From: Rhodosorus marinus CCMP1338
Lineage: Eukaryota > Plantae > Rhodophyta
NCBI GenBank assembly: GCA_029953675.1
Contig: JAMWBK010000005.1
Location: forward strand, 248,001-312,000
Length of the DNA: 64,000 nt
Direction: 5' to 3'
The number at the start of each line of letters is the position of its first letter. Position 1 is the first letter of the stretch. Below are positions 35,430 through 50,014 of this stretch, in pieces. Both the position numbers and the translations under genes were made by a program. Below the pieces are notes generated by a model. It had not been told where the DNA came from, did not search any database, and was given only the letters and a program-made list of their open reading frames with translations.

Positions 35430-36500
35430 GTTTCGGCTGAAAGCCCTTAATGCAAGATGCGCTGCAGGCACTGGATGGCACGGGTGGGCTAGAGTTACCA
35501 AGTCCTTGGGACATGGGCTTCGTCAACTTGATTGGAACGCACTCCAAGCCGCGGGCTGTATCTGCCTGCGAATACCCCCAATACCCTGCGTTTCCAAAAA
35601 CTCTACCTGTAGATGCTAAAATTCTTTTCTTCGTACCCAATTATAGGCAATATGCGTTTATCGATGAATGATGTGCTATTAAGAGAGTATGAAGATGCTG
35701 ATAAAGTGTCAGAGCGTGCCCTGTGTTCCAGTTGGCTTCTTATTTTTGGAGTTCCTGCAACGGTTTTCGAACGGCGCACCTTCAGCGTATTCCATAAGAG
35801 CTCATTGTTGAGTTGGATATGGCGTCGTGACGCTCCCATTGCTTGCTTGCTAGACTTCGGTATGATCAGGAAAGAACGCAGGTGGTGAGTTCCACAAAGT
35901 TTTTCTTTCGCGGCCCATAACATGCTTGTTTTTGTAAGGCTTCGCTCTGTTCTTAGCTGTCGAGAAGGTGGGCATGCAAGCGCCAACCCGGCTTCTTCTC
36001 AACGTCGTATCGGGGAAGTCAGCAGTTCTTCAAGTTCCTGAATTTGGTTTGCTTTTTCACTCCTGACCGGCCTTGCTAAGCAGCGTATTTAATTTTGCAA
36101 CGACCACAAGCGTTCTTTGTAATTCGTCCGATTCATACGTTTGTACCAGGATTTACAGAGTCTGTCGATGATGCAAATGAGATGAAAGGGGCTCAAGCCT
36201 CAACCATTTCCGCAGTACACATCTCACCGTCAAAGCACCTGCGGGAAAACTCACCGCCTGGGTTTAATGCGGTCGTAACAGATCGTTGGCCTCGATCCGA
36301 TAAACCAAATGTTGGAGCATCAAGTCTCCCTGGTGGACGCGTCCAATTCTATGGAGATACGCTTGGTCATACTCACTCAGGTCAAGGGCCGTTGAAGTAG
36401 TATCACACACAAACGACTTCACGCCGTGACCTTTCGCAGCAAGATAGGCACTCCAACCAGACCGGCGATTTCTATCACCAGTAACCGCTGTTGTAGAGTT
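35430..36500 (-). pseudogene. Interrupted coding-like frame of unknown family
   Basis: Long minus-strand frame with sparse stops (LCKSWYKRMNRTNYKERLWSLQN*...NQIQELEELLTSPIRR*EEAGLALACPP...), plus an upstream segment DLSEYDQAYLHRIGRV. No family recognised. Confidence 0.25.
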
Positions 36501-36501
36501 T

Positions 36502-36588
36502 TGTGTAACTCATCCCGGACCTCAACATGCTCTTTGTAACCTAGACGCTCTTTGTACCCTAGAGCGGAGGGCTGGGATGAGTTACACA
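36502..36588. repeat. 15-bp perfect inverted repeat enclosing a 17-bp direct repeat
   Basis: TGTGTAACTCATCCC (36502-36516) and GGGATGAGTTACACA (36574-36588). Internal GCTCTTTGTA(A/C)CCTAGA x2. Confidence 0.85.
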
Positions 36589-38067
36589 CCAGGCTTATTC
36601 AGCATGGGCTTCTGACTACTCTGTTTACCGCGTCTACTCTGCAGCTCCTATCAGGGGTTCCCTCGAATGGAAGGATAGGGGGTGCCCATCAAAAACGTTG
36701 ATAGGATAGTCTAGTTGGATAGGAAGTGCTCATCAGAATCGTTGATAGGACAAACGTTTCAAAATTTTGCCCTACCTCCCAAAATTGCCTACGCACTCCA
36801 GCGAAATTAAGAGCAGAGAAATTTCTTGGTCTAGAGCTTCCAACGAATGACTTAATCCAATTGCGAAAAATTCAGTACATACACAGCGCATGAAGCTTGC
36901 CAGTTGAATCCTGACCTATTTTCCCTAAATTTAGAATGCGGTGCACCCAACAAGGGCTCCCTTCTTTCCACCCCCGTTGCTTCATCGGAAGAACGCCACC
37001 GATTCTTCCCTTCCAATCCCCAAGTACAGAAAATGAATCCTCCATCCAACCGGCAGGGGGTCGGGATTGGTGGCCGCGTGAGAGAGCGTGCCGGAAAGTC
37101 CGGAAAGCCAGGCAGGTATTGCCTTTCTGGAAATCTTGATGAAAAAGCTACTAGAACGAATAACTGACTTTCGTACTATATACACGATATAGTATTTTAT
37201 ATAATTCAATATAGTGATAAGATTTTCGTGTATAATATTAGAATTTACGAACAAAAACACAGAATCAAATATTGAGTTAAGACAGAAAGGAAAAGTGAGG
37301 GGGAGGGTGAATGAGGGAGGGGTTGCAAAGATGGGAAGACAGGAGGAAGTAATCAATCATCTGAAAGGCACATGACTGAAAACTGACCAAAAAACTACTG
37401 GAAATTTAAGTATAATGGAAGGGGGTGAGTCTTCTTTGATCGTGCGGGAGAATTTCGTGTTTTCTTCGTTTTTGTCCTTTTTTTGACGGTTGGACGTGTC
37501 AGATGTGTGCAATGGTTGTGTAGTATTCCGTAGTTTTGAAGGGGGTGGGGTGGGAACGAAGGGCCCTTGGAATGAACAGAGTTTGGGCTTTTTCGTGGTT
37601 GTACCAATACTGAAAATAGTGCATGTTCTTGTGTGACTTTTTCCTCGGATAAGAGGTTTTAAGAATGAGACTTGGAAAGGAAAGTATCGACGGAGCTTAC
37701 AAGTGGTACAGGGAATGGTACGATGTTTTAGTGTGTGAGGTAAGTGATTGTAGTCGGGTTTCTCTGGATGAGATTGCGGGTTCAAGGGGAAGCTTTTAAG
37801 TGTTCTGAGCAGGGCTTGAGAGCTTGTAGGTGCGGGGCTTGAGCGGGGTAGTTGGATGTTTAACGTTGGTTTTGGTAGCGTATGTTGATAGAGGGTGTCT
37901 GCTTTGGGGGTTTGTTTTGTTGAGTCTTTGAGGCCCCGGCGTGGGCCGCGTTTCGCAGTGACTGGAAAAGGCACGTACCCTTGGGTTGCTGCACTTTAAG
38001 GAGTTTGTACGTGAGTAGCTCCTCGCGCGGAAAGGGTTCCCATATTGGTTTGCAAGGAAAACCTATC

Positions 38068-40129
<2,062 letters not shown>

Positions 40130-40828
40130 GACCCCTGGGGCTAGCAAATTGATGGAAACGCTAAGCACCATGCGATTATGATGACTGTCATGAGTTCAAG
40201 AGAATTTTGAGTTCGTCAGACTGTCCCGGACACCTTGTCGTTGCCACATGGTACCACTTGCTGTCCTTCCCGTGCTGACGTAGTGCTTAAGAAGGCTCCC
40301 CAAGCGTATAAGGTGAATGAATAATGAATCGCTTTCGCGAAGCTGTGGCGTGGCGTCAATCCCTTCTATCTCTGGAATGGCCTCAGAAGAGTTCAGTTTT
40401 TTGGACGTAAGTGGAAGATCTTGTAAAGACCATATTTCAATTGACTGTTATCTTGATCGCCCTTTCGTGGACGGGAATCTCACCAACTATTAGCGGGTGG
40501 TAGCGAGCTTGCCATGCAATGGTAGAGTCACATCCTATCCCGAGCGCTACCGTTTCCTTCACAAATTATGAGACGGTTGAACACATCGAACTGGCCTTCT
40601 GCGAGTTGCACTCTCTTCACGTTCCGCAATGCGTGGCCGGTGGGAACTCTTTCGGTCGTCACAGCTGGGCATGGTATTTACCGTGTTCACTACGTGTGAG
40701 GGGTCTATCAAATATCACACACCGTTCCCTGCCGGGGTTTGGTGTTTCTTCTCAGAATCACACTTGGAGTCAATAACATAGAAAATCAACTACTACATGG
40801 CATTTTTTATTCCTCAACAAATGACACT

Positions 40829-42111
40829 TCACTCCTCAATACGTCCATAGAACACTCCCTTCAGGAGAATCTTCTTCGGGGCCTTTGCTCCCATGTCGGT
40901 ATCCGAAAGCTGCTCAGAAACGAAAACTCCAGCGATCTCTTTCGTGTCGGGGTCAATCTTGTTCACTGCCATCTCGATGGAACCGTCAGTGACGTCGAAC
41001 ACCTTGTTAGTCTCCTTGAAGAGCTCATCCTGTCCCTCCGCTCCGTCAGCTTCCCTCGCGGGAAGCGCGACGGCCATATCATATCCGGTTACTCCACCAC
41101 GTCCCTTCGGGTCAAGGAACAATCCAGTTCTGTAGGACGGAACGACGAAGTCTCCACCTAAAAAGGTCCAATCCAAAAGAAGGCACACACGTCTTAGACT
41201 CCTCAAATCCAAACAGATACATTTGATCTGAGGCCATTCATGGCTGGACTTCATTACCGAACTCAGTTGCGTTTGTGATGGTGTTTCCAGTTCCCTCCGA
41301 TGTGGCGACAAGCTCCTTGATCGTGAACAAGAACGGCACTCTCTCTCCTCCAGGCAGTTGGACAGTGGTCGCCGCATAGTCGATTCCGTCCTTCTCAGTG
41401 AAAGTGATCTTCCCGCCTTTGGCAACGAGATCACCCTCGACACCGGCCAAGGAGTAAGTTGCGCGAGTCATCAGCTTGGTGCTAACGAATTCTCTCTTCA
41501 CCTCGCCCTTCCTCGAGGTCTTCTCTTCCTCCACCTACAAGTGAGACGCGACGCGTCAGCGCCCAGCAGAACTCATCACCAGAGCTGAAGCCAACTGCTA
41601 TTAAAATCCAACCTACCTGGAAAGTCTTGGGCTCCAAGCACAGATCCACCAACTTGTAGACCTTGCCTTCTTCAAGCTTGATGTTTCCCTTCGATACTGC
41701 AATAACTTCCGGGCATCTGTTCGCGGTTCCTGTACCCTTGACCTGCATGTATGTCAGGTTCTGGATGTCACCTCTGGTAAGAGCAGTAGCTGCCACAGGC
41801 ACCATGAGGCTTCCAGCAATGGCTGCCAGCGCAGCTGCGTTGGCGACCTTCTTTGAGTCATCAGTAGCACGCTTGATAACGGTGTCAACGATGTTCGCGG
41901 AAACTTTGAAAGTCGAAAAGCAAAAAAAAAAGAAATAAGCGAGGATCTCTCATCCACAACCCCTCCTACATCTCGTCAGGGATACCCCAAACCAAATAAC
42001 CGAAAATGCCGCATGCCAAATGATAACAAGCTTACCAACCGTGCGCGACCGGCTGCTCACTGCCGCTCCCTGTCTCTTCGAAACCACTCCAGCTCCGTTA
42101 ACAAAAGCCAT
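40829..42111 (-). CDS. psbO: Photosystem II oxygen-evolving enhancer protein 1 (PsbO) with a bipartite stroma/lumen transit peptide; 4 exons
   Basis: [88 protein letters not shown]. The lumen signal ends in ATA. Confidence 0.97.
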
Positions 42112-42614
42112 CTTTCTAAGAAACCAAAAGGCGCTCCCTAAACAACGAACTCCACCCTTGATCCTCACCCACACGTGCTCAACACCTTCCCTGCGATCCC
42201 ATAACAAAACCGCGCGGTATGCCCGTTTTCAATCCCCGTCTACAAACAGGCTCAGATAAAACAAAAATCCTTGAAACCATTCCTGCAAGATGTTCCTCCG
42301 AGAAATCGTTGATTCTGACCCCTCAGAGTGCCCAGTCGATTTTTTTTGTAAATATTACCACGTCCGATCTCGGGCCTTGAGGCACTGCATCTCCCAGCTG
42401 GATCTCCGTGCGGAATTCCCCCCCCCTAACAAAATTCTCAGATACAAACAATCATCTAAACACAAAAATCTTACCCCCACCAGAACATCGAATCTAGTTC
42501 TTATCGTTGTTATCTCATTGGGGTAAAGCAAAGCAGAACAATATTTGACACACTCCCCTCAGAATATTTTCGCGAAGGACAACAGCACTTTAAAAGGAAA
42601 ATGGGAGGGGTACC

Positions 42615-43516
42615 AAAGAGTGGAGAGAAGAATGCAAAAGTAAGAACTGCTTATTTACCGCAAGTCCACAATTCTTGAGAAGGGGTTAAAAAGTTTCTTT
42701 GTTCATGATATTATCCTCCTAAAGAGGATTTCAGTCAAAGTCCCGAGCGGGGGCCCAACCGGGAAATCCTGTTTCTTTCTAAAAACCTGGTACCGCGGTG
42801 CAAGCGTAAGGATATTAGGGCTTGATGTCCACGTGATGGTTCGGTCCAGGGTTCCGTCCATTTTTAAATTAAAGAAAAGGAAGTGCCAAAGATTTCTATT
42901 TTGCCTGAGAAAGTACCGGCGATTTCGGATCAGGACGGGGCGCATATTGGTATCGGGCAGCAGAATGCGAGAGTTTGCAGATCCAAGGTCACTTGCGGAG
43001 TCTGGTAGTGGATCGACAGCTCCCCAACCCCAATCGGTGTGAGTCACTGATGACTAGTCGACTGTACAGTTGATGATCTGCTGTGTTCATGTTCAAGTGT
43101 CAAATCGATCTGCGGATCGGGGTGTTGGTTAGCAACCGCCTTAGGCATCGTTGCTGTCAGCCAACTAGTGTTTGAGTACGAAAACGAATCTATCCGTGGC
43201 GCTCTTTATGTAGATCTGGCAGCGTTGTCTGCTTGCGCTCTGTCAGCTCATCGAACTCGAGAACTTTTGCAAGAGAGAACCCCCACCTCTTTCTATAGGA
43301 GGGATCTAAAGAGTGGAGAGAAGATGCAAAAAGTAAGAACTGCTTATTTCCCGCAAGTCCACAATGCTTGATAGCTTGATTAATCTTCCGATTTCCCATC
43401 CCCAACGCAGGCCGTCTCTGTTGAGAATGCTGTTGCTGCTAGTACGAAAACGAATCTATCCGTGACACTCTTTATGTAGATCTGGCAGCGTTGTTGGCTT
43501 GCGCTCTGTCAGCTCA
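42615..43516. repeat. Interleaved local duplications A (42615-42678, 43308-43371) and B (43175-43250, 43441-43516)
   Basis: A = AAAGAGTGGAGAGAAG...CAAGTCCACAAT, near-identical copies. B = AGTACGAAAACGAATCTATCCGTG...GTCAGCTCA, 76 bp with 4 mismatches. Confidence 0.92.
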
Positions 43517-44799
43517 AGACGGGAATGCTTGGCGAGAAGGAGCAAGTCTCGCACGTCTGGGATCTTCCGCGGGCAGGAGAGATTCCCCGTACTCCCAGTC
43601 GGTTTGATGACGAGCAAACCAGTGCTGAACTTTTTGCCTCGCAAACCGGAAACCGTTTGCGCCCTATACCATCGATCCCTGGAGGACGCCCACCGGCTAA
43701 GCTTCTGCTCAGACCTCGAAGGCGGATGCGAGCTCAATCTGAGTTCAACTTGCATGCCCTAGCCTTCTTGCTTGTCCACCTTTTCTATGTCCGCAGTCCA
43801 ATGCACGGGGCAGACTTTGTTCTGCCTAGGGCGGTGGTCTGCGGAAAGCATCTACCGAGCTTTCCCGCAAGGTGGCCAGCAGTGAAAAAAACAGGAAGCG
43901 TATCAACAAGAGAATTCAATTTGTTTTGAAAAAGTGACATATTCGATCAGCAAACAAATCGCAAGCTTGCACGTGTTCGACAAACCATCTGGCGGCAAAT
44001 GATTTGACAACAGTCCTGTCGTTACCAATAGTATCGTTCCATTAGCGTAAAATTTTTCACTAGCTCATGTCCCGTCATACCTGCTTTTTTTTCTTCTCGA
44101 AAATAAATGGCTTTAGTGGTCGTCAAGTACATCCTTTCCCAAACTACCATAAAAAAGGACGCAGGGATGCTCACAGAAGCCTCAGAAAGGCAGGTGGTAT
44201 TCCAAAATCATCCAAACAAGAAAATATCCACATCAACGTTCTATTTTATATTAATAATAGAGAATTATTCACCAATGGAGATTGGTTTGCGCTTAAAAAA
44301 GGGTTAATTTTCATCTTTTGGACTATTGAATTGGATGGCAGAAATCCGTTGGAGGATTCCCTCTCAGACGAACACTAACCAGCCCAAATTTCTTGCAACT
44401 AGAAACGAATTAAAATTTTATATGCTTTTTACATGTATTTTTTGCGGGCGGGTTAGCAGTCATTGGGTCTGTCCGGGTTCTGCAGAAAGCTGGCTTTCTG
44501 GTCTGGTTTGAGGAATCCAAATTGGAATGGAGTGGGACACGACTATTGAGTGTCAACAGGTGAGTGAGGGAGTTTCATCTTATAGGGCGGTGGAGTGAGT
44601 GGGGAAGGATGGAAGAGGATGGGAGTTCAATGAGAATAGATAGGAGGGATTCTGTTTCATCTTCTACGGTTTGAGAATTAGTTACAATGAGCTATTTGTA
44701 TTCCGTGAAGTAGGGTGTAGTGTGGTGTGCTCACTGCCATTCTATACTGTTGTTTATCGTTTGTTCTCGGCAGAAAGGACGCTTTTGGTTTGTGTGGAG

Positions 44800-46992
44800 A
44801 TGGTGTCGGTAACTCTTATTCTGCTCGGTTTTTCAGCGGTTGGGCTTTGTTACGTGCTATGGTGTATTATTCAGACAAAGATGGAGTCTCGTCGGGATCT
44901 GAAGATTCCCAAGTCCTTCAAGTCTTCCAAAGAGACTGAAGCTGAAAAGGCGATTCGAGAAATGAAGGAATTTTGTCCTGAAGAGGATGGACGTACTCAG
45001 AACGTACTAGTAATATATGCGACAGAGTATGGGTTCTCGAAGGAGGTAGCTCGGAAGGTAGCCGAGGTGTTGGCGGACAGAATACCGGATGTCGCCCCGA
45101 GAATAATCAACGCTGTCCACTACAATTTTATTGATTTCTCCAAGGAGCAAATGTGCCTAGTATGTTGCTCAACAACAGGCGACGGGGTAATTCCGACGGA
45201 TTCGAAGGAATTTTATGATTTAATGAGTACCGAGCAGGACCGTTCTGCCCCCAACCTCAAATTTTCAGTATGCGCACTCGGCGACCGCGGATACCCGCAT
45301 TTCTGCCGCGGAGGCCACCTGTTCCATTCCGTTTTAGAATCATATACTGGTTCTAAACCTTTTGTCGAAATGAAGGAAATAGACCAAGAGGATTGGGAGG
45401 AGATTGAGGAGTGGGTTGAGCAGGTCGCAGGGCAGGTCGAAAGCATGTCCCTGGAAGAAGCTGATTCCGACTACCTTGAAGAAGCCATCAAGGAGGGACT
45501 TCACGATAGCGGAGACTCGAACTACTCTCTCGCGAACCCGCTGCACGCTCCTCTCCAGTGTAAACGTCCGTTGACAAAGGTAGAGTCGAGAGACGACAAG
45601 GAAACAATTCATGTAGAGTTTGATCTTTCAGGGAGTGGCTTGAAGTATACTTGTGGGGACGCACTTGGAATAATTGCATCCAACTGCCCAGATGAAGTCA
45701 ACGCACTTATCGAAGCTCTCAAGTGCGACCCGCAGACTCTGGTCAAAGCACCCGGTAATGACTTGTATCTGCCATTTGAGGAAATAGCCCTCAACTCTCT
45801 CGATCTGAAGGCGGTCAAGCCCGATTTTGTGAGTGCTCTTGCAAGCCGGACATATTCTAAAACGGCCTCATATCTGACAAACCTGGTTTTGGATTCTCTG
45901 AAAAGGTTGCTGCCGTGCTGGGGGCGATTACAAGCGAGGACGACAGGGTCTACGCGACAAAAATTTTCGGCAAAAGTACTCTGAGCGGAGATGTACATCA
46001 CTTGAAAGCCAACCCGGCCTTTCATAGCTTCGCCTCTGCGCGGTTCATGGTTGACGTCTTAAACAGTTTCCCTTCGGCAAAGGTTACTCCGAAAATTGTC
46101 GTTGAACACGCGAGGGCTTTGATTCCAAGGTAAGATCTCGGCCCACATACTGCCGCGCCGGCTGCGCGCCACAGGTACTTCCTGTGTCGGTCTGGCTGAC
46201 TGGTCTTGCACACATGGGTTATTCCGTCTTGCTCCTTTCGGCTTCAGGTTTTATTCGATATCCTCCAGCCCGAATCGAGACGAGAATGTTGTGAGCATTG
46301 CCGCGGCCGTTGTTCGCTACGAGCTCTTCGACGTCCCTAGAAGCGGTGTCGCGACTACCTACTTGGCAGATCGAGTCGACGAGCTTGATCTAGTAAAACT
46401 GTATATTCAGAAGAACAACAATTTCCGGCTGCCCACCGATGACGAAAAGCCAATCATAATGATTGGCGCTGGTACTGGAGTGGCTCCATATGTTGCCTTC
46501 CTCCAGGACAGGGAGATTCGGAGGGCGACTGGAGAGGCTGTCCTGTTCTTTGGATGTCGACACGAGGACAAGGACTTCTTGTACAAAACCGAGCTTCAGC
46601 AGTGGTCGGATGAAGGTATCGTAGAACTGTACACAGCTTTTTCGCGGGATACAGAGAAGAAAGTGTATATTCAACATCGAATGGAAGAACATGGAGACAG
46701 AGTCTGGAAGCTCATTGACTCCGGCGCCCACTTGTACGTTTGTGGGGATGCAAACCAAATGGCCAAGGATGTACATCAGGCCCTACGACGGTAGGTCCTT
46801 GCCAAATACCCAAACTGTCGACGTGAACGGAACGCACTACTAACTTGGCTTGTTTCAAACGCCGTCCTTGTTTGGTTCGGGTCCGACAGAATTATCAGCA
46901 CTGGAGCAGCGATCAGTGATAAGGAGGCGGATGCATATCTCGAGGATTTGGAGAAGAAGAGTCGATATCAAAGAGACGTCTGGCTTTCCTAG
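44800..46992 (+). CDS. Diflavin (FMN/FAD/NADPH) oxidoreductase with an N-terminal membrane anchor; 4 exons
   Basis: TM anchor VTLILLGFSAVGLCYVLWCII; flavodoxin YATEYGFSKEVA, STTGDG, ALGDRGYPHFC; RFYSISSS; IMIGAGTGVAP, LFFGCR, AFSR, YVCGDA; ends YQRDVWLS*. Confidence 0.92.
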
Positions 46993-47489
46993 TCCCGGAC
47001 CGTTATTGGCCTTAAAATGCCGGACTCATCACATTCACCGGAGCCCGTATCCGGATAGGCTGCATCTATTTCCTAACGGGACTCCTGCTGCTGAAACCTG
47101 TGCACGGTCGCGAGTTTAGTGATCACGAATACAGAAAAATTGTCATCTTAGTTATATGTGTCAAACTAACTGGAACAAATGAATAGTAAAAGTCATCAAC
47201 CGAGAATGCGGATGCACTTGAAAACTGCTCTTAAACTGCTGAAGTTTTGACCCAGCAAACCACTACCACGGGGGCACGAGCCTTCTTCTTTCGCGCTCCG
47301 CGTGAGTGCGAGCACTTCTCCTAAACCAGAAAGTGGTGGCTCGAAACTCAGTTTCTTCACATTATGGGTTCTGAGGGAAGCCGGAAGGTTCGTGCTGCTT
47401 CGAATCTGAATGACGGTTTGAGCATCGTTCGGGACACCGACGCCCTGAGTCTTTGGCGGCGAGAGCTAAGGCATTAGGGAGAGGTTCCA

Positions 47490-48468
47490 ATGAGATTAGC
47501 AGCTGGACTCTTGGAGCTGAGGGCTCGAAGCCTAGGCAATGGCCAGGCAATTCGTCATGTCAGCAAATGGGCACCATGGGAGGACCATTACACGCAGTTG
47601 GCGGTGCGTGAACGAATGCGCTCAAGGGCAGCCTACAAGCTGGCTCAGATGCAAAAATCCACTGGCATGCTTGGGAGACGTTCATTTGTGCTCGACCTCG
47701 GTGCAGCGCCAGGAGGATGGACTCTGGCAGCAAAGCGGTTCGTTGATACTGACCCATCCACTAGTTGGGATTCGAAAGCAGAAGCCTCGAGGGAGGGTAC
47801 AAGTGCGGGGGTGCGTGTTAACATCAACGACGCCTTGTTATCTCTTGATGAGCTGAGAGATAACCTCCTTCTTTACTCAGTATGGTAAAATCGTCGCCAT
47901 TGACCTCCTGAGAGTTGAAGAGATTCCGGGGGTGACTTTTATTCAGCAAGATTTACTCGACGCAGCAGCCGTTGAGCAGAAGATCAAGAACCTTCTACGT
48001 CATCGACAGCACTTCGACGTAGTGCTGAGCGATATGGCCCCTTCAACAACTGGTGACAAGCAACGGGATCACTTTAAAATAATAAGTAAGAATTCATATT
48101 GCCAACTCTTCTACCCCATGCAACGCAACACAACAGCTCAATGGCGAAACACGACCTCAACATTGCCAAGGACTCGTCGAATCTGCGCTGCAGATTGCCA
48201 TATCTTTTCTGCCCCCATCAGGAGGAGCGTTTCTGGCCAAGATATTCAGAGGTTCAGAAGAGAGAGATTTTCTTGACAAGTTGAGACGCTCCTTCACAAA
48301 GGTGAAAACGATTAAACCTCAGGCTTCACGGAAGCAAGCCAACGAGGTAGGAAGAGAGAAACGCTTGTCATGCGGCACACACCAAACTTGCGGCGGTCAC
48401 GTCGAGCTTCTGACACGTCCCTCCCTTCTTTCAAGATTTACGTTTACTGCGAAGGGCGAAAGCAATAG
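47490..48468 (+). CDS. FtsJ/RrmJ (RlmE/MRM2-like) rRNA 2'-O-methyltransferase, probably organellar; multi-exon
   Basis: RSRAAYKL, VLDLGAAPGGW, IVAIDL, DVVLSDMAP, FLAKIFRG, KPQASRKQANE|IY. The K-D-K-E tetrad is present. Confidence 0.9.
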
Positions 48469-48787
48469 TTGACCAAGCGGGAAAGCGATCACGGTCTATT
48501 CGAGCGAGGAAGCTCTTGCCGCTAAGAAAGTTGCCGCCATCGTGATTCTTGTAAACCGGACAGGATTTCAGGTACTGGGTGCCCACCGCCATCCAAGAGC
48601 AATTTTGAGACTGATTTTGTAAATAGTGTTAGTTCTTTAATACGCTCATCAGCATTTGAGCAAATCTATGCATCACCGAGGGCGCGATTCGTCGTTAGCG
48701 CAGGCAGCTTAGTTTAAACGGTTTCCGCCCGATATGGAGGATAGAAATTATGAATATACCGGTTGAGACTCTCGGGGGTCGGGGGGG

Positions 48788-50014
48788 TCATTGGCTCACA
48801 AGGTCACAGTCAGTAAGTTTTCGCTTAAATACAGTAGAGAGAGTGCTCGTTGATGTCGGATGCCACAAGTCAATCTGCGCCTCGAGGCCGGATCTCTTGC
48901 ATATAGGAGAAGACCTTCGCTTGTGCTCAAAACTTCCAACAATGTCGTCGCTGCTCAACGAGTTTCTCATGGGAATGCACAGAGAGCGCAGTCTAGGAGC
49001 TAGAACGTCTTCCTCCGCAGGTCTTGGACCCGAAAGCCATTTGTGCTCCAAAACATCACTCGCCGTTGCTCTGGTCAACGGGTTCTTGGTAAGCAGGCTG
49101 GATACTAGATGCTTTGCTTCGGGGCTGATATCCGCCCAAAAAGGATCGTCGAATAGACGGCCATTCGACAAGTCCTCGTCAGATGGAAACTTTCCAGAAA
49201 GCATGACGACGATCATTACCCCTAGGCTATACATGTCTACTGGTGTTCCAACCTTTGGGTTTCGACCAATCTCTCCAACAAGTTCCGGTGCGATATAGCC
49301 TCGAGTGCCAAGAACCGAACGCTTCTTTGCATCAATAGTCCTCCATGAGCAATATCCAAAGTCCCCCTGTGAGAGGTCATCGCGGCTGCTCGTTGACCGC
49401 CCCTTCCTCATCGGCAGGAACTCCGATATTCCAAAGTCGCATAGGTGCACTTTCAACTCTCTCGCAGACTCCTTCACAAGGACGTTCTCCAACTTCACAT
49501 CAAAATGTACGATACCCCGCTCGTGGAGGTAAGCTAGAGCCGAGCTCACTTGACTAACAACTGCTCGAGTACGCTGCTCTGATATGCGACGTGAGCCTCG
49601 CGACAGGTACTCAAATAGATCACCTCCAGATACAAATTCCATTACAATATCCAGGTTTGCGTTATCCGATGACTTGATTACGCTTTCAGCTTTAACAATA
49701 CTGGGATGGTTTACTCTGCGCAGGATTTCAACCTCAACATTCCGCTCGCAAGATATCCTTTTCACTGCCACCATTCTCCCGGATAGTTTTTCCTTTGCAA
49801 GCAATACCATGTCCATTCCAGTCCCCAAAACGTCTTCAAAGTCGAAAAACTCTTCCGTAACTCCGTCAACCACACAACAAGACTGTGCACCCTGTTCCGC
49901 CAGCATCCACTCTCTGTTCATTTCTGGAGGCAAGTCCTCCCAGAGCTCAAGCTCCTCCTCAGAGAGCCCGGAACAGATGCTCACATCCATACGCGGACAG
50001 CTAACCTCATCCAT
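48788..50014 (-). CDS. CAMK-like Ser/Thr protein kinase; intronless
   Basis: VAVKRI, VNHPSIV, MEFVSGGDLFEYL, HFDVKLEN, LCDFG, GTRGYIAPE, DMYSLGV, WADISPEAKHLVSSLL, HKW. Confidence 0.92.
   Translation of the reverse strand: MDEVSCPRMDVSICSGLSEEELELWEDLPPEMNREWMLAEQGAQSCCVVDGVTEEFFDFEDVLGTGMDMVLLAKEKLSGRMVAVKRISCERNVEVEILRRVNHPSIVKAESVIKSSDNANLDIVMEFVSGGDLFEYLSRGSRRISEQRTRAVVSQVSSALAYLHERGIVHFDVKLENVLVKESARELKVHLCDFGISEFLPMRKGRSTSSRDDLSQGDFGYCSWRTIDAKKRSVLGTRGYIAPELVGEIGRNPKVGTPVDMYSLGVMIVVMLSGKFPSDEDLSNGRLFDDPFWADISPEAKHLVSSLLTKNPLTRATASDVLEHKWLSGPRPAEEDVLAPRLRSLCIPMRNSLSSDDIVGSFEHKRRSSPICKRSGLEAQIDLWHPTSTSTLSTVFKRKLTDCDLVSQ

Noticed and set aside
36300-36400. YLHRIGR (here) and RVHRIG (near 52420) as helicase motif VI
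   Set aside because: These are isolated short matches with no Walker A/B or other helicase motifs nearby.
43456-43755. Tudor-like DRWYRA in a minus-strand ORF
   Set aside because: There is no ATG and the rest of the Tudor aromatic cage is missing; the segment lies in duplicated intergenic DNA.
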